A DNA stretch of 64,000 bases, taken from contig NC_043021.1 of the NCBI RefSeq assembly GCF_006345805.1, positions 18,972,001 to 19,036,000 of the forward strand, written 5' to 3'. The notes beneath the pieces were generated by a model. That model saw only the letters and a program-made list of their open reading frames with translations, did not search any database and was not told the DNA's origin. This DNA comes from Octopus sinensis (lineage: Eukaryota). Positions within the stretch are counted from its first letter, which is position 1. Each line of letters starts with the position of its first letter. Shown piece by piece: positions 26,933 to 39,292 of this stretch. Position numbers and translations under genes: made by a program.

Positions 26933-27177
26933 GCACACACACTTATTTAAGCAATCATCTGAGGAGGTGCATCTCACTTATGTACTAAGGTGTAAGAATG
27001 TGTTGAAACAATTATAGTGATTTTAAACAATGTTAATTCCATTTTCTATCATTTGTCTACACACATAAGTATATATGTATATATATATGCACCAATCTAT
27101 ATATAGACCTTATATATATAGATATATAGGTGTGTGTGGAATCCTACTCAGGAGATGACCTCTCGGCATTTCAAGTT

Positions 27178-27237
<60 letters not shown>

Positions 27238-27286
27238 TATAATATATATAACACACACATACATACATACAGACAGACAGACAGAT

Positions 27287-27328
<42 letters not shown>

Positions 27329-28243
27329 ACTCCCTTGATCTCTCTACTGTCTCTCCTTTTCAAATTCAACCCCTCCTCCCGCCACCTGTTACATTATCCC
27401 TCCATCACCACTTTTTAAAGATCTGGTGACCTTTTTTTCATTTTTTGTTTTAGTTTATTTTTCACCCTGAACTTCCATTCTTGGAATCCTTCCTTTTTAC
27501 ACCCATCTCTCACACACTCACTTTCTTTTTCTCCTCCTCTTCCCCCTCCTATTCTCTCATTAGTTCCCTTTCTCTCTATATATATTTATATACATTACAG
27601 CCTCTTACTGCTACCATCACCCCCTCCATTGCCACCACTACCACTTTTGTCTTTACTGTATTGTCTTTGCTGCTTAGATATTGACATGTAACTTGTCACC
27701 ACCACCACCACCACCACCAGTACTATAACCACCACAACAACAGTACTCTCCCCACTATCACAACCTCCTCTGTCTAATGCCACCACCACCACCACTACAT
27801 CCATCACTGCCTCAACCACCACCATCAGCACTACCACCACCTCTGTCAGCAGCAGCACCACCCCCTGACTCCACTATCACTTTCAATACCACCACCACCT
27901 CCACCTCCACCACAACTACTGTCACCGATTCTAACCCCCACCCCACCCATTACCATTGTCGGCACTCCCACTCCCACTCCTACCACCTCCTTCACCTTCA
28001 CCACAGTTATTGTTACAGACTTCATCAATCATCATCATCATCATCACCATCACCCAATAAGTCAGTTATACTTTTACATATTGAGAGAGAAAATTAACAC
28101 CTAATCGATACCAGTGGCAGGTTTTCTCTGGATTTTATTTTTATTTTGTATTTCTTTCTTTTGTTTTATTGAATTTTCTTTATTTTATTCATTTTTAAAA
28201 ATAATTTGTTATTTTTTTTCCTTCTTAGATCTTCCTTTCTGTA

Positions 28244-28284
<41 letters not shown>

Positions 28285-28924
28285 TATATATATATGCATG
28301 TGTGTGTGTGTATGTAATATTTATATGTGCATGTGTGTATGTATATATATATATATATATATATATAGATATATATATGCATGTGTGTGTGTGTGTATGT
28401 ATATATTTATATGTGCATGGGTGTATATATATATATATATATATTATATATGGCATGTGTGTGGTGTGTATGTATATATTTATATGTGCATGTGTGTGTG
28501 TATGTATATATTTATATGTGCATGTGTGTATGTATATATATATATATGCATGTGTGTGTGTATGTATATATTTATATATGCATGTGTGTGTGTATGTATA
28601 TATTTATATATGCATGTGTGTATGTATATATATATATATATATATATGCAGGTGTGTATGTATATGTGTATGTATATACACAAAGTGAGAGTTAAGTAAA
28701 TAGATATAGTAAAGCCATTTTGGTTTTTTATTAGGACATATAATTTGGGGGGAGGGTACTAGTCGATTACATCGACCCCTGTCTTTCACTGGTACTTAAT
28801 TTATCCACCCCGAAAGGATGAAAGGTAAAGTCGACCTCAGCAGTATTTGAACTCACAATGTAAAGATGTGCGAAATGCAACTAAGCATTTTTCCTGGCGT
28901 GCTAACGATTCTGCCAGCTCACCG

Positions 28925-28955
<31 letters not shown>

Positions 28956-29031
28956 TATAATAATAACAATGATAATAATAATAATAATAATAATGATAAT
29001 AATAATGATAACAATAATGATAACAATAATG

Positions 29032-29070
<39 letters not shown>

Positions 29071-29189
29071 GTTTCTTTTATTGGTTACATACTAATCGAC
29101 TTAATCGACTTAATCGGTGTAATCGACTTAATCCCTTTGTCTGTCCTTGTTTGTTCCCTCTGTGTATAGCCCCTTGTGGGCAATAAAGA

Positions 29190-29660
29190 AATTGATAAAC
29201 ACACTAGAAGGTAGCATCTCCCTCTCTGCCCTCACCTTCCTCTTTAAATGATAAAGAAATTGATGAGGGCTTGGCCAGACAGGAAAGTGCCTGTCCTCAA
29301 ACCTTTCAGACCAGTCCACCACACAGCCCCTTTTGCCACAGTCACTAAGCAGAGAAAGATCTGCCTTCCTTCTCTGCTAAGGGAAGCTGGTGCGTTGACC
29401 TTCACTATATACTCAGCAGACAGCTGAATTTGTCTTACACTTGACAACAGCTGCCCCACACAACACCACAACTCTCTAATGGACAGACACTGAATTATTG
29501 CATGCAGGACGGTTTCAACCCCTGCAAGCAGGTTCAGCTGTTTGTGCCTCTATGCCCGAAGAGATTGTCTTGAACAAGCAATTCCCTTCTGTAGCACTGC
29601 CAAGCCAAAGACTTTTGGAAATTGTCCATGATCTTCAACCCAAATGTCCTCTGGAAGAGA
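29190..29660 (-). mobile_element. Tx1/L1-clade LINE ORF2 C-terminal fragment
   Basis: ETVLHAIIQC...LSAEYIVK...AVWWTGLKG...YHLKRKVRAER. Confidence 0.7.
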
Positions 29661-29847
29661 CTACTCAGATGCCTAGATTCAATCCTAGACCATCACCACT
29701 CATACCCTCAACTAGCCCCCTATAGAAATCTTGGGTTGTTTTCCTGCTAATAGTTTTGGGCAGCTGGTACAACGCGGTGAGCGCCCGGCAACATTCTAGT
29801 TGCCAAACGTCCAACCTTGGTTTACGTTTGACCCATGACTGCAGCTC

Positions 29848-30068
29848 TCTTTTCTCTTTTACTCTCTTTTACCTGTTTCAGTCATTTGACTGCGGCCATG
29901 CTGGAGCACCGCCTTTAGTCGAGCAATTTGACCCCGGGACTTATTCTTCGTAAGCCCAGTACTTATTCTATCGGTCTCTTTTGCTGAACCGCTAAGTGAC
30001 AGGGACGTAAACACACCAGCATCGGTTGTCAAGCAATGCTAGGGGGACAAACACAAACACACACACAT

Positions 30069-30123
<55 letters not shown>

Positions 30124-30289
30124 TACGACAGGCTTCTTTTCAGTTTCCGTCTACCAAATCCACTCACAAGGCATTGGTCGGCCCGGGGCTATAGCAGAAG
30201 ACACTTGCCCAAGATGCCATGCAGTGGGACTGAACCCGGAACCATGTGGTTGGTTAGCAAGCTACTTACCACACAGCCACTCCTGCGCC
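29848..30289 (-). mobile_element. SINE family A
   Basis: Full-length reverse copy. Confidence 0.9.
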
Positions 30290-31100
30290 TGTTGCCACTC
30301 CTGCGCCTATCAATGAGATGAGCTGCAGAAAAATGTGTTGCACAAAAGATGCCCACACCAGTTCACCCTTATTTTTGGCGTCATTCTTGTCCACATCATC
30401 GCAGTGATTTAAATATTTCTGTAGGTGCGACAGCCTGACAGCATGTCGCCGCATCATTAAGGATGGCATCCCAAGACCACAATGGCATGGGTGATGACAG
30501 CAGATGGATTTTCTAAAAGTAATACTAATGGTTTCAAATTTTGGTGCAAGGCCAAATATTACGGGTGAGGGGTAAGTTGATTACATTGATCCTCAGTGTT
30601 CAACTGGTACTTATTTCATCAACCCCGAGAGGCCGAAAAGCAAAGTCGACTTTGGAGGAATTTGAACTCAGAATGTGAAGACGAATGAAAAGTTTCTAAG
30701 TTTTTTTGCCCAGCATGCTAATGATTCTGCTAGCTTAATAATAATAATCCTTCCTGAAATTTGGTGGGTGGAGACTAGTCGATTACATCGCTCCCAGTGT
30801 TTCACTGGTACTTAATTTATTGACCCCGAAAGGATGAAAGGGTATAGTTAACCTCAGCGAGATTTGAACTCAGAGCATAGCAATGGGCAAAATACTGCTA
30901 AACATTTCTTCCAGTGTGCTAACGATTCTGCCAGCTTGTCACATCATCATCATCATCGTTTAATATCCGTTTTCCATGTTAGCATGGGTTGGACAGGTCG
31001 ACTGGGGTCTGGGAAGCCAGGAGGCTGCACCAGGCTCCAGTCTGATCTGGCAGTGTTTCTACAGCTGGATGCCCTTCCTAACGCCAACCATTTTTAAACA

Positions 31101-31131
<31 letters not shown>

Positions 31132-31330
31132 ATGAAGAAGATGAGGATTTCTACCATTTGGCATGAGGTCACAAATATGTAAATATAGTGAGGAGGGGTT
31201 TTAATGATTACCCAATCCTTTCCACACTCCATGGACTGCCCCCTCCTTCTGTGTTCTTCACTGTTGACTCGAAGAGATCTATCTAAACATTGTTTCTCAT
31301 TCTCTCCCTCTGTTTTCTCTTTCTTTGCAG

Positions 31331-31413
31331 TATGCACTTGCGTTGTACATAAACGGTGTCACGAACAAGTTGTAACAAAATGTCCGGGGTCACGGGAAGC
31401 TGCTTCTGAAGAG
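31331..31413 (+). CDS. PRKCE: nPKC exon, end of C1A (VCTCVVHKRCHEQVVTKCPGSREAASEE)
   Basis: TTTGCAG acceptor, GT donor at 31414, CxCVVHKRCH...KC motif, phase consistent. Confidence 0.95.
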
Positions 31414-31499
31414 GTTTGTAACTGTTTTTATTATTCTAGCATGTGTTATCCCTTTGAAGACTCCTCCCCCACTTTTTGTATGTCTTCATTGTATGTCCG

Positions 31500-31685
31500 A
31501 TAATCAGGGAACCCTGTCAAAGGCTTTCTCCATGTCAACAAAAGCCAGGCACAGGGGCTTATCTTTGGCTAGGTATTTCTCCTGCAGCTGTCTTACCAGA
31601 AATATAGCACCAGATCCCATGACTTTTGGAACCATTTTTTTCACACTCAGAGTTGCTGAAGCATGGAACAAACTACTTGCATCAG
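31500..31685 (+). mobile_element. CR1-like RT C-terminal fragment
   Basis: FFTLRVAEAWNKL motif. Confidence 0.5.
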
Positions 31686-31686
31686 T

Positions 31687-32029
31687 TCCCCCTCTCTCCC
31701 TTTTTCTCCCTCTGCCTCTCTTTCTTCCTTCCTTTCTCTCTCTCTCTCTCTCTTTCTATTTCTCTTCCTCTCTCTCTCATTTCTACCTCTGCCTCTCTCT
31801 CTCTTCCTTTCTCTCTCTCTCTTTCTGTTTCTCTTCCTTCCTCTCACTCTCACTTCTACCTCTAGTTCCCCCTCTCTTCCCTTCTCTCTCTCTCACTCTC
31901 TCTTCCACTAGATTCCCCTTCTCTCCATTCTCTCTCTCTTCTACCTCTTGTTCCCCTCTCTCCCTCTCTTCCTTTTTCTCTCTCTGTCTCTCCCTTCCTC
32001 TCTCTCTCTCTGTCTCTGTATGTCTCTTC

Positions 32030-32075
<46 letters not shown>
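31687..32075 (+). repeat. About 390-nt CT-rich polypyrimidine tract upstream of the C1B exon
   Basis: Direct reading. Confidence 0.97.
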
Positions 32076-32078
<3 letters not shown>

Positions 32079-32108
32079 CATTATTTACTTATTTTTCAGC
32101 CACTTCAG

Positions 32109-32238
32109 GTGAGTGGTGCCAGATTCAATATCAATGTTCCACACCGTTTCACTGTCCATAACTACAAGAGGCCCACGTTCTGTGACCATTGTGGATCATT
32201 GCTCTATGGAATATTTAGACAGGGCTTGCAATGTGCCG
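32109..32238 (+). CDS. PRKCE: nPKC exon, C1B first part ([43 protein letters not shown]); alternative in-frame acceptor at 32100
   Basis: AG at 32107-32108 and at 32098-32099; GTGAGT donor at 32239; canonical C1 motif. Confidence 0.93.
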
Positions 32239-32336
32239 GTGAGTACCAGCTTTACTCATTCCATATTCTACAGACTCTTTTTCTCTCTGTCTTATTCTCC
32301 CTCTCTCTCTCTCTCATTCTCTCTCTCACACACACA

Positions 32337-32368
<32 letters not shown>

Positions 32369-32756
32369 TCTCTCTCTCTCTCTCTCTCTCTCAGATATTT
32401 GTTTTTATACATGCCTTATGGACATTTTATGGATTTTCAGATAACTGGAGTTTTTTGCCCGGAAAAAGCTTCCGATTTTTCAATTTCCAGATAAGATCTG
32501 TAGAAGTGCTTCATGGGTAAACTCCACAGTCATATACCCCATTTCATTTACATGTGTGTGTATGCATGCATATATATATATATATATACACACACAAAGC
32601 ATCCCCACATATACACATACACACGCTTGCACACCCTAGTTCAGCCAGGTCACCGTTATTATCTCCCTTTCCCTCTGCCTCTTTCTTCCAGCCGTGTCAT
32701 GTTGAACCATTAATCCCTACACAATTTTTTCTCTTTCCATGTTTTCCCTCCTAATC

Positions 32757-32790
32757 CTTCTGTTGAAGAGCATAGGCTCGAAACGTCAAC
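32757..32790 (+). ncRNA. Hammerhead-like motif with non-canonical CTGTNGA core (related copies on the minus strand at 33173-33208 and 7022-7056)
   Basis: CTGTTGA-A-GAGC atag GCTC-GAAA-CG-TC^; the 33173-33208 copy has a perfect CTTT/AAAG stem I. Confidence 0.4.
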
Positions 32791-33676
32791 AACTCTTCCA
32801 TTCTTTCTGAGTGTTAAAATGATACACCTGCTTGTTGTTCCCTCACCTGTCTTCATCTTTTTTTTTCTGTAAATCTGAACTATATATATTACGGAGATGT
32901 ACCTGCATAGCAAGTGACCTGATCTGAGATCGTGTGCTGAAACGAAAACAATTGCAGCGTGGAAGGTGTTTGTAAGCCATTTAAGAAACTCACAAAAGCC
33001 GTTTGATTCACTTCAACATTTAAGTTTAATTTGTCAAAATATTTTCGTCGCTTTAAGATTTTTGTCAGTGAGAATTCACATAGGGAGAATTCACAGAAAA
33101 ACAAAAGACAAAGACAGGTGGTGTAGACAACAAACAGATATATTAGTATAACACTCAGGAAGTGAAAAAAGTCTTTAATGTTTCGAGCCTATGCTCTTCC
33201 ACAGAAAGGAATAGAGAAAGAAACAAGGAGAGAAAATAAAGAATATGTGGTGGCTAGCGATCTATCATAGCAAATGCTGGACAGAAGGGTCACACAGGAG
33301 AGCTATGGTGAAGGGGAGATAATAAAGTAGTGGTGGTTCCTTGGAGCAGTTGCCATGTAAAAAAACTCCATCTGTACAGTGGTTGGCGTTAAGAAGGACA
33401 TCCAGCTGTAGAAACTGTGTCCCACATGTCAGATGTCAAAGTGATTGCAGAGCAATGAGAAATGAAATGTTTGTGTTCAGGAACACAATACACCGCCTAG
33501 TTCAGGAATTGAAACCACGGTATAATATATATGACACTTTCTAAACAAATTGCGATTGAGGTAAGGCAGCATGCTTTGTTGGTGTTATTTTGTAGGTTTT
33601 TGCGTGTGTGTTACAGATTCTGTTTTAAGAGAAGTTTATCATAATTTTCTTGTGTCTTACTTTTGTCAACTTCCAG

Positions 33677-33807
33677 CCTGTAAGTTGAATGCCCACAAGC
33701 GGTGCCAGAAAAATGTACCAAACAACTGTGGAATTAACACTCGGGAGATGGCACAGGCTCTTTCACAGATGGGCATTTCCGGTGACAAATTGAACAAGAC
33801 GAAAAAG
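33677..33807 (+). CDS. PRKCE: nPKC exon, end of C1B and hinge start ([44 protein letters not shown])
   Basis: TTCCAG acceptor, GTAAT donor at 33808, HKRC...NC motif, phases 1 and 0. Confidence 0.95.
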
Positions 33808-33946
33808 GTAATACTAAATATTCTGTTTAATACCTGAATTCCATTAAGAAAGTATTTATAAATATATGAGTGTGTGTATTATTTATATGCTGTTTAATAC
33901 TTAAAACACATCATGCTTGAGATATATATATATGTATGTATGTATG

Positions 33947-34012
<66 letters not shown>

Positions 34013-34271
34013 CAAATAAGAAAATGGGGAGGATACAAAAATGACATACATCAGCCGTTTTCTTATTTGCCGTATAAATTAAGGGTAAAGCACTTTTTAC
34101 CCCTGCCCCTATATAACACTCAACTGCAAGATTGCCATGCAATAACCAGCACTTGAGTATGAATAATTGGGTACACTACCCTATATATATGTGTGTGTGT
34201 GTGAGAGAGAGAGAAATATATATTCTGTGAGAATATACATATATTTCTCACACAGAAATATATATATATAT

Positions 34272-34672
34272 ACTCTTTACTCTTACTTGTTTCAGCCATT
34301 TGACTGTGGCCATGCTGGAGCACCGCCTTTAGTCGAGCAAATCGACCCCAGAACTTATTCTTTGTAAACCTAGTACTTATTCTATCGGTGTCTTTTGCCG
34401 AACCGCTAAGTTACGGAGACATAAACACACCAGCATCGGTTGTCAAGCGATGTTGGGGGGACAAACACAGACGCACAAACATATATATACATATATATTT
34501 ACATATATACGACGGGTTTCTTTCAGTCTCCGTCTACCAAATCCACTCACAAGGCTTTGGTTGGCCCGAGGCTATAGTAGAAGATACTTGCCCAAGGTGC
34601 CACGCAGTGGGACTGAACCCGGAGCCATGTGGTTTGTAAGCAAGCTACTTACCACACAGCCACTCCTACGCC
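34272..34672 (-). mobile_element. SINE family A
   Basis: Full-length reverse copy. Confidence 0.9.
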
Positions 34673-35929
34673 TATATATATACACACATACAGGAGCACT
34701 CTGTCTGTTGTGACGACGAGGGTCCCAGCTGATACGATCAACGGAACAGCTTGCTTGTGAAATTAACATGCAAGTAACTGAGCACTCCACAAACACGTGT
34801 ACCCTTAATGTAGTTCTCTGGGAAATTCAGCGTGACACAGAGTGTGACAAGGCTGGCCCTTTGAAATACAAGTACAACTCATTTTTGCCAGCTGAGTGGA
34901 CTGGAGCAATGTGAAATAAAGTGTCTTGCTCAAGGACACAACACACCTCCGGGAATTGAACTCATGACCTTACGATCATGAGCTGAATGCCCCTAACCAC
35001 TAAGCCACATGCCTTCAATATACACACATAACTGGCATTCTGTTGGTTGTATTGCCAAGGGTTTCACTCAGTGGTTGTTGACCAGGGCTTCAACGAACAG
35101 CCTGCTCATGAGAGTAATGTACATGTGGATGAGCACTCCACAGACACATGTGCCCTTAATGTAGCTCTCAGGGAGATTCAACATGACACAAGAGTGCAAA
35201 AAGGCTGGCCCTTTGAAATACAAATACTACTCATTTTTGCGAGCTGAGTGGACTGGAGCAATGTGAAATAAAGTGTCTTGCTCAAGGACACAATGCGTTG
35301 CTGGGAACCAAGACCAATATATGTATGGGTGAGTGGTAGGAAGTTTGCTTCCAACCACATTGTTCCCAGGTTCTGTCCCACTGTGTGGCACCCTGGGCAA
35401 ATGTCTTCTATTATAGCCTTGAGCCTACCAAAGCCTTGCTAATGGATTTGGTAGGTGGAAACTGAAAGAAGCCTGTCGTATATGTGTGTATATGTCTTTG
35501 TGTCTATTTTTCGTCGTTGATTATTGCTTGACAACTGGTGTTAAGTGTGTTTACATCCCTATAGCTTAGTGGTTTGGCAAAAGAGACCAACAGAATAAGT
35601 ACAAGGCTTAAATAATAAGTCTTGGGGTTGATTTGTTCGACTAAAACCCTTCAAGGCTGTGCCCCAGCTTGGCCTCAGTCAAATGACTGAAACAAGTAAG
35701 AGATAAAAGATACATATAAATATATACACACACACATGCCTGCTATAAACACTTGGTAGACACCATAAAGTTGTTGGTATTAGGAAGAGCATCCAGCTGT
35801 TGAAACAAGCTAAAACAGACAACTGGAGCCTGGTGCAATGCCAGAATGGAAAACAAATGTTATATGACAATGATGGAGCAGGGGATCCATCAAACCCATC
35901 TAAACACATAAATGCAAATGTTAATTAAT

Positions 35930-36307
35930 ATTTAAATGGCAAATATACGTCACGATGTGTTGCAGCTACTGTTTATAACTCGCTCTAAGATTTATTATTG
36001 CTTGATTACACCTTTCCGATATCAGTGTCTTTACGATACTGGAAAAGGGATAAGTGTTTGTGAAGGGAACCTACTTTTCATCAACAACTGTGATTGTCAC
36101 ACGCCGATGACGGGTCAATACCCAGAAACTCGAGTCTGTGTGTATCATAAGTTGGAGACGGGAAGGATGGCTTCCCTTCGCAAACACTGATAGGGCACAG
36201 AAAGTGTGTCGAAAGCCAGCTGGAGGAGGTGTCCTCCTGGGGCTACAAACTACAGTAGCGTCCACCCTTAGGGGTTAGCCATATTTAAACGGCAAATATA
36301 CCTCACG
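35930..36307 (+). mobile_element. Retrozyme-like hammerhead retroelement (353-nt unit)
   Basis: 27-nt direct repeats 35928-35954 and 36281-36307 (25/27), TTAATTAAT flanking duplication (35921-35929, 36308-36316), internal hammerhead, long-range stems. Confidence 0.7.
36098..36142 (+). ncRNA. Type I hammerhead, CCGATGA core, inside retrozyme-like unit
   Basis: CACACG-CCGATGA-CGGGT caat ACCCA-GAAA-CTCGAG-TC^TGTGTG; 6-bp stem I, palindromic ACTCGAGT, GTC triplet. Confidence 0.75.
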
Positions 36308-36364
36308 TTAATTAATTTGTTTCCTTTTTAATCTGTTCATCTGTTTGTTTTTGTTATCGTGTAG

Positions 36365-36443
36365 GTTCCCATAAGTGAATCGCCCAGCAAAGATGCCCGG
36401 GGTCATGAGCGGTCAAGATCTTCTCACATACCAATGATTCCTG
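36365..36443 (+). CDS. PRKCE: Probable nPKC hinge exon (VPISESPSKDARGHERSRSSHIPMIP)
   Basis: Not in the ORF track. T-rich tract + TAG at 36362-36364, GTATGT at 36444; stop-free; phase 0 in and phase 1 out exactly bridge exons 33807 and 54479. The hinge is poorly conserved, so support is from splice signals and phase only. Confidence 0.8.
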
Positions 36444-37021
36444 GTATGTATCTCCTACTGTTACAGGTTTACTACTACATCTAATACCACTAATACTACT
36501 ACTTTTACCACACTAACTATTAACGCTAACACCACTTCATATACTACATCGAATATTGATATTAATACTATGACCTATACCACGCTAATTATTACTACTA
36601 ATACTACTACTACTACTACATAAGTTTTACTAACTGTTAATACTAATTGTACTACATATATACTAACTAGAAATACTAACACTACAAAATACCATCTCCT
36701 GTGTTTCTGTCTTTCTTCCTTTCTTTATGACCTCTTTCCTTCTCTTTCTCCCTTCCTTCATACCTTCCTTCCTTCTTTCTATACGATGTACTGAAATGCA
36801 GCTAATAATAGCGTCTCTGTGTGTGAATCTATCTCTCTCTCTCTGTCTCTCTCTCTGCCCCTCACACACACATGCATACATACATGCACACACAGTGGGG
36901 GATAAACAGAGCATGACTGTTTTATGTCACAGTTGAAGGTCTCCCTCCAATATTGACCAACTGCGAAAGCGTTGTTGTTTTTTGCTACTACTAGTACAAA
37001 TAAATAAATAAATAAATGATG

Positions 37022-37052
<31 letters not shown>

Positions 37053-37054
<2 letters not shown>

Positions 37055-38079
37055 GCCCTGATGCAGTACCAGGCAGTGGCTCTCGTGGCTTCTGATCTGA
37101 ACTGATTGGAAGTGTTATCATGTACATTGTTTTGTCTTGGTATAAAAGATGGGCTACAGCAAATATTCTGCTCAATACCACAGATTTGCTTGTCAGTTGT
37201 TTGACCTTAACAAGTTGAGCATGTCCCTTTGTAGCTAATGATATGTGCATCTCTGACCACAAGTAGAAGTAGTGGGGGAGCATCATAGCCATGTGTTGAG
37301 AGGGATTCTTTGGGGTTTGAATAATTCACCCCTGGAAACATGGGTGTTTTGTTCAACATCCTTAAACAATTGTTATTTAGGGACCTTTTGAGCGGGATGG
37401 GTTACTCAACCAGAAGAAAATTCTAACTGGGCCCCATCTGCAAGGACATGTGCTGTTTATCTTGATATGAGATCACCATGTCACGCACATATGGTTGTGA
37501 TGCATGTGCCTAGTGTACCCTCATCAGACGGGTAGTCATGATGGGTATACTGGGCTTTGTATATTTTACCCCAGTGTCACTTTGATGGCATGCACTGCTC
37601 TCTCACTCAAGGGCTGCTCATAATAATAATAAAAAGGGGCTACAGCAAATAAAAAGATGGACTACAGCAAATATTCTGCTTCATACCACAAATTTGCTTG
37701 TCAGTTGTTTGACCTTAACCAGTTGAGCATGTCCCTTAGTGGTTGATGATATGTGCATCTCTGGTTATAAGCATCATAGCCAAGTATCGAGAGGAATTCT
37801 TCAGGGTTTGGATAAATTAGCTTTGGAAATATTGGTATTTCGTTCATCATCCTTAAACAAACCTTATTCAGGGACCTTTTGAGCAGGAAGGGCTACTCAA
37901 CCAGAACAAAATCCTAACCTGTAATGTCATGTGCTGATATGAAATCTTCATGTCACACTCATGGTTGTGATGCATGTGCCTGGTGTACCCTTATCAGACG
38001 GGTAGTCATGATGGGTATACTGGGCTTCTTATATATATACCCCAGTGTCACTTTGATGGCATGCATTGCTCTCTCACTC
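37053..38079 (+). mobile_element. Family E full copy plus 5'-truncated tandem copy
   Basis: Same 5' (ATGCCCTGATGCAG) and 3' (CTCACTC) ends as 14977-15533. Confidence 0.85.
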
Positions 38080-38359
38080 AATAATAATAATAATCATAAT
38101 TTCAAATTTTGGCACAAGGCCAGAAATTTCTGGGGAGGGGTAAGTCAATCATGTCAACCCCAGTATTCTACTGGTACTTATCTTATGAACCCTGAAAGGA
38201 TGAAAAGCAAAGTCGACCTTTGCAGAGTTTGAACTCAGAACTGACACCGAGAAAAATGCTGCTAAACATTATGTCTAGCATGCTGTTTCTACCAGCTTGC
38301 TACAATACCACCACCTACTACTACTACTACTGATGATGATGATAATGATAACATAATAA

Positions 38360-39040
38360 TAATAATGTTTATTAACCACTAAGGGTTCAGAAAAAAACAT
38401 TGGGGATGGTACAGGACAATACAATGTAGGGTTTCATAAAAAGTGGGTAAAAGGTAAAAAAACTAGAAAAATATAAATTTTAACAAAGAATAATCCCCCA
38501 AAGCGGAAGACTACCTAGGGCTGTTTGTGAAAACCCCATAAAACTACAGAGGCCTTGACCACTAGGGCAAGTGCCCTCTCACAACATCTAAAGGTACATG
38601 TTTAGGGTAGGCCCATTCACACAGATGTTACAATCACCCACCTTTCAACAAAGTTGTTAGGGGGCAGCACTTCTCTGTCTACCTTCACTTACCTTTGCAA
38701 GTGAAACTTGAAAAAGTCGTTCAGGGCTTGGCCAATGAGGAAAGTATCCGTCTTCGGTTCTCACGCAACTTCTTTTACTCAGGACCAGACAAAGCAACAT
38801 TGCCTGCCCTTCCTGGCCAAAGGAAGACAGCAGGGCAATCTTCAATATGGACTTAGCTGATAGCCAGATCCGCTCGACAAGCAACAGTGGGTGTTTGACA
38901 TAAGCCCACAAGTCAACACCGCTCAGGCCCTGGATGAGAGCATGCAGGACAGTTTCGTCACTCTGCATGCGTCTTGGTCAAGTAAGCCCGGCTGACAGCA
39001 CTTCCATGCCTGTAATGAGTTTATCTCGAACCAGCGTTGC
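38360..39040 (-). mobile_element. Tx1/L1-clade LINE 3' fragment
   Basis: ETVLHAL..LWAYV..LSA.SI ORF2 C-terminal Cys/His region followed by a 3' UTR; homologous to 29190-29660 and 14055-14470. Confidence 0.7.
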
Positions 39041-39104
39041 CCCCCCCCCGCACTCCAGTAGCATTGCCAAAAAGAACAAAAAAAACACAATCCTCCAGGA
39101 CCTA

Positions 39105-39292
39105 TAATAATAATAGTAATAATAGTAATAATAATAATAATAATAATAGTAATAATAATGATAATAATAATAACAGTAATAATAATGATAATAGTAATAA
39201 TAATGATAATAATAGTAATAATAATAATAATAGTAATAATAATGATAATAATAATAATAGTAATAATAATGATAATAGTAATAATAATAATA
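39105..39292. repeat. (AAT)n microsatellite (also 28928-29068)
   Basis: Direct reading. Confidence 0.97.

Noticed and set aside
33030-33072. Degenerate hammerhead-like strings here and near 23175, 25225 and 57670
   Set aside because: Each needs several substitutions or lacks a stem; expected by chance in AT-rich DNA.
36185-36225. Second hammerhead or SECIS in the retrozyme-like unit (CTGATAG-GGCACA gaaag TGTGTC-GAAA)
   Set aside because: Stem II is good, but the core reads TAG rather than TGA, position 17 is G and stem I does not pair; spacing does not fit SECIS. At most a relic.
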